Of a stretch of DNA of 64,000 bases, positions 61,908 to 64,000 are shown piece by piece. The notes under the pieces were generated by a model that made no database searches, had not been told where the DNA came from, and worked only from the letters and a program-made list of their open reading frames with translations. The translations under genes and the position numbers were made by a program. Each line of letters starts with the position of its first letter. The stretch's first letter is position 1. The DNA comes from Squalus acanthias (taxonomy: Eukaryota): NCBI GenBank assembly GCA_030390025.1, contig CM059431.1, positions 136,650,001 through 136,714,000 of the forward strand, given 5' to 3'.

Positions 61908-63830
61908 CAACAACAACAACAACTTGTATTTATATAGCCCGTTTAATGTTGTAAAGCGCCCCAAATCGCTGCACAGAAGCATCTTAACACAAAACAAATT
62001 GACATCGATCCACATAAGGATAAATTAGGGCAGATGACCAAAAGGCTGTTCAAAGAGGTAGGTTTTAAGCAGCGTCTTAAAGGAGGAAAGAGAGGTAGCG
62101 AGGCGGACAGTTTTAGGCAGGGGATTCCAGAGCATAGGGACTAGGCAACAGAAGGCACGGCCACCAAAGGTTGAGCGATTATAATCAGGGATCCGCAAGA
62201 GGGCTGAATTAGAGGGGCGCAGATATCTCGGGGGGCTGTGGGTCTGAAATATTACAGAGATAGGAAGGGGCGAGGCCATGGAGGGATTTGAAAACAAGGA
62301 TGAGAATTTTGAAATCAAGGCGCTGCTTAACCGGAAGCCCATGTAGGTCGGCGAGCACAGGGGTTGATGGACGAACGGGACTTGGTGCGAGTTAGGATAT
62401 GGGCAGCCGAGTTTTGGATGACCTCAAGTTTACGTACGGTGGAATGTGGGAGGCCAGTCAGGAGTGCGTTGGAATAGTCAAGTCTAGAGGTAGCAAAGGT
62501 CTGGATGAGGTTTTCAGCAGCGGATGAGCTGAGGCAAGGGCGGAGACGGGCGATGTTACGGAGGTGGAAGTAGGCGCTCTTAGTTATCAGCTAACATGGG
62601 AGCCTGAAAATGAAGTTGGGTGGTCAGCAGTTTGGTGGATTAGGGTCGAAGGAGCAGGAGGTGCGTCTCTTAGACAAGATGAGGTCATGAGGGGAGATCG
62701 GAGAGAAACTGGAGAAATATGTGAGTTCAGCGCTTGGGCATGGGGAACCTTAGAGGAAGGTTGACCCAATGGGCTAGGGGAAGGAAGGGGAGTGGCAGAG
62801 GGAGCTGAACGGATGGTCTCAATCTTAGAGACAAAGAAATCCATGAGCTCCTCACATTTATTATTGGAGGTGAGGGTGGAGTAGACAGGGGAGAGAGGTT
62901 TAAGAAGACGGTTAGCAGCAGAGAATAGGAGCCGGGGTTTATCTTCGCATTCAGGAATTAATCTGGAATAGTGAGCAATTTTGGCAGACGAGAGCAGGGC
63001 CCGAAGTGCTTTACGTGGTCCAGCCAGATCTGGTGATGAATGGCTAAACCAGTTGTCCGCCATTACCGTTCGGGTCTGCGTCCCTTGGATTTAAGGGAGC
63101 GAAGATGAGAGCCATACCAGGGGGAACGCCAGGGTGAGAGAGGGTAATTGTTTCAGTAAGGACTAGGGCATCAAAGATAGTGTTGAGGGTGTGGTTGAGC
63201 AGATTGGTAGCTGCAGAAATGTCATGGTGAATGGAATGCCAGAGGTTGGACAGTTGGGATTTCATAAATGCAGTTGTAAGAGATTTGGGAGAGAGGTTTT
63301 TCCAGGGGTGGACACAGAAGGAACTACCTTTGGGGGGTGGGAGGGGGGGAGCGCGTGGAAGTGGGTTGGGTGTGGAGAGCGATACGAGGAAATGGTCAGA
63401 AATGGCCTTATCTGCAATTGACACGATGGGAGTAGCGAAGCCACGAGGGGGTGGCCGTGAATATGGGTTGGGGACTTTACATGGAGGGAGAGATGAAGCG
63501 AGGATAGGAGGCTAGTGAACTCAGAGGAGAGAGAGCATGATGAATTGAGATGGAGGTTGCAATCACCGAGGATGAGAAGTCGTTCGGTGCAGATGCTGAG
63601 GGAGGAGAACAATGAAGATATCTCAGTAATAACATTTTTATGGCACTTGGGTGGACGTTAGAGAACAAGAATTTTAAATGAGAGGTGAGACGGGTGGAAT
63701 AAGGTGAGATGCTCAAAGGAGGAGAAACTGCCAGAGGAATAGTGGGACAGACCAAGGTGTGATTTGGTGACGAGAGCCACACCGCCACCATATCTCTCAC
63801 TGCAACTTTATTGGCCAGTGTATTTCTATT
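61908..63830 (-). mobile_element. L2-clade LINE copy with the RT core internally deleted; right boundary approximate
   Basis: (TTG)n tail plus ...gctatataaatacaag; C-terminal GGRAF...LWNPLP...FKTLLKTYLF; AYFHLRNIARLR...SRLDYSNALL; endonuclease motifs LILGDCNLH, PTHIHGHPL, ISDHFLV. Confidence 0.9.
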
Positions 63831-64000
63831 GAATTGATCAAAGGCGGGATTGGAAGTTAAGACCGAACACATAAAGTTCAACTCAGTGAAGGGTTAACTT
63901 ATTCGCACTGCCCGATTATCGTTCTTGTCCAGCACCGGGAAAATCAGCCTCTGGTTAACTGAGCCCGCAGTGAACGGAGCACTTTCGGAGATAAAACTTG

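Overview
Eukaryotic, repeat-only window with no host gene; the CR1 3' tails and a Deu-domain SINE suggest a cartilaginous fish (inference). About 45 kb is a tandem array of a 28-bp monomer (CCCATCTCTGTACGGCCCCATCCTATTA) running from base 1 to ~56350, with higher-order repeats. Three CR1 LINE copies interrupt it. Two are apparently identical 5'-truncated copies (23793-24810, 27151-28168), duplicated together with their flanks. The third is full length (46015-55607; 76-bp 5' monomers, zinc-finger/esterase ORF1, EN-RT ORF2). Its ORF2 is split by a two-gene PIF/Harbinger transposon (47726-52712, TSD TTT), which itself holds an inverted non-autonomous derivative of the same family (48064-48962, TSD CTG). 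Main finding: the last monomer reads in frame into a decayed L2 LINE reverse-transcriptase segment (GPILFPISVLPFADIM...SFHMYTDNT), so the array appears to have been amplified from 28 bp of an L2 RT motif. The last 7.5 kb holds minisatellites, a tRNA/Deu SINE, an old CR1 and an internally deleted L2. The many long Pro/Tyr/His-rich ORFs are artefacts of the stop-free monomer.
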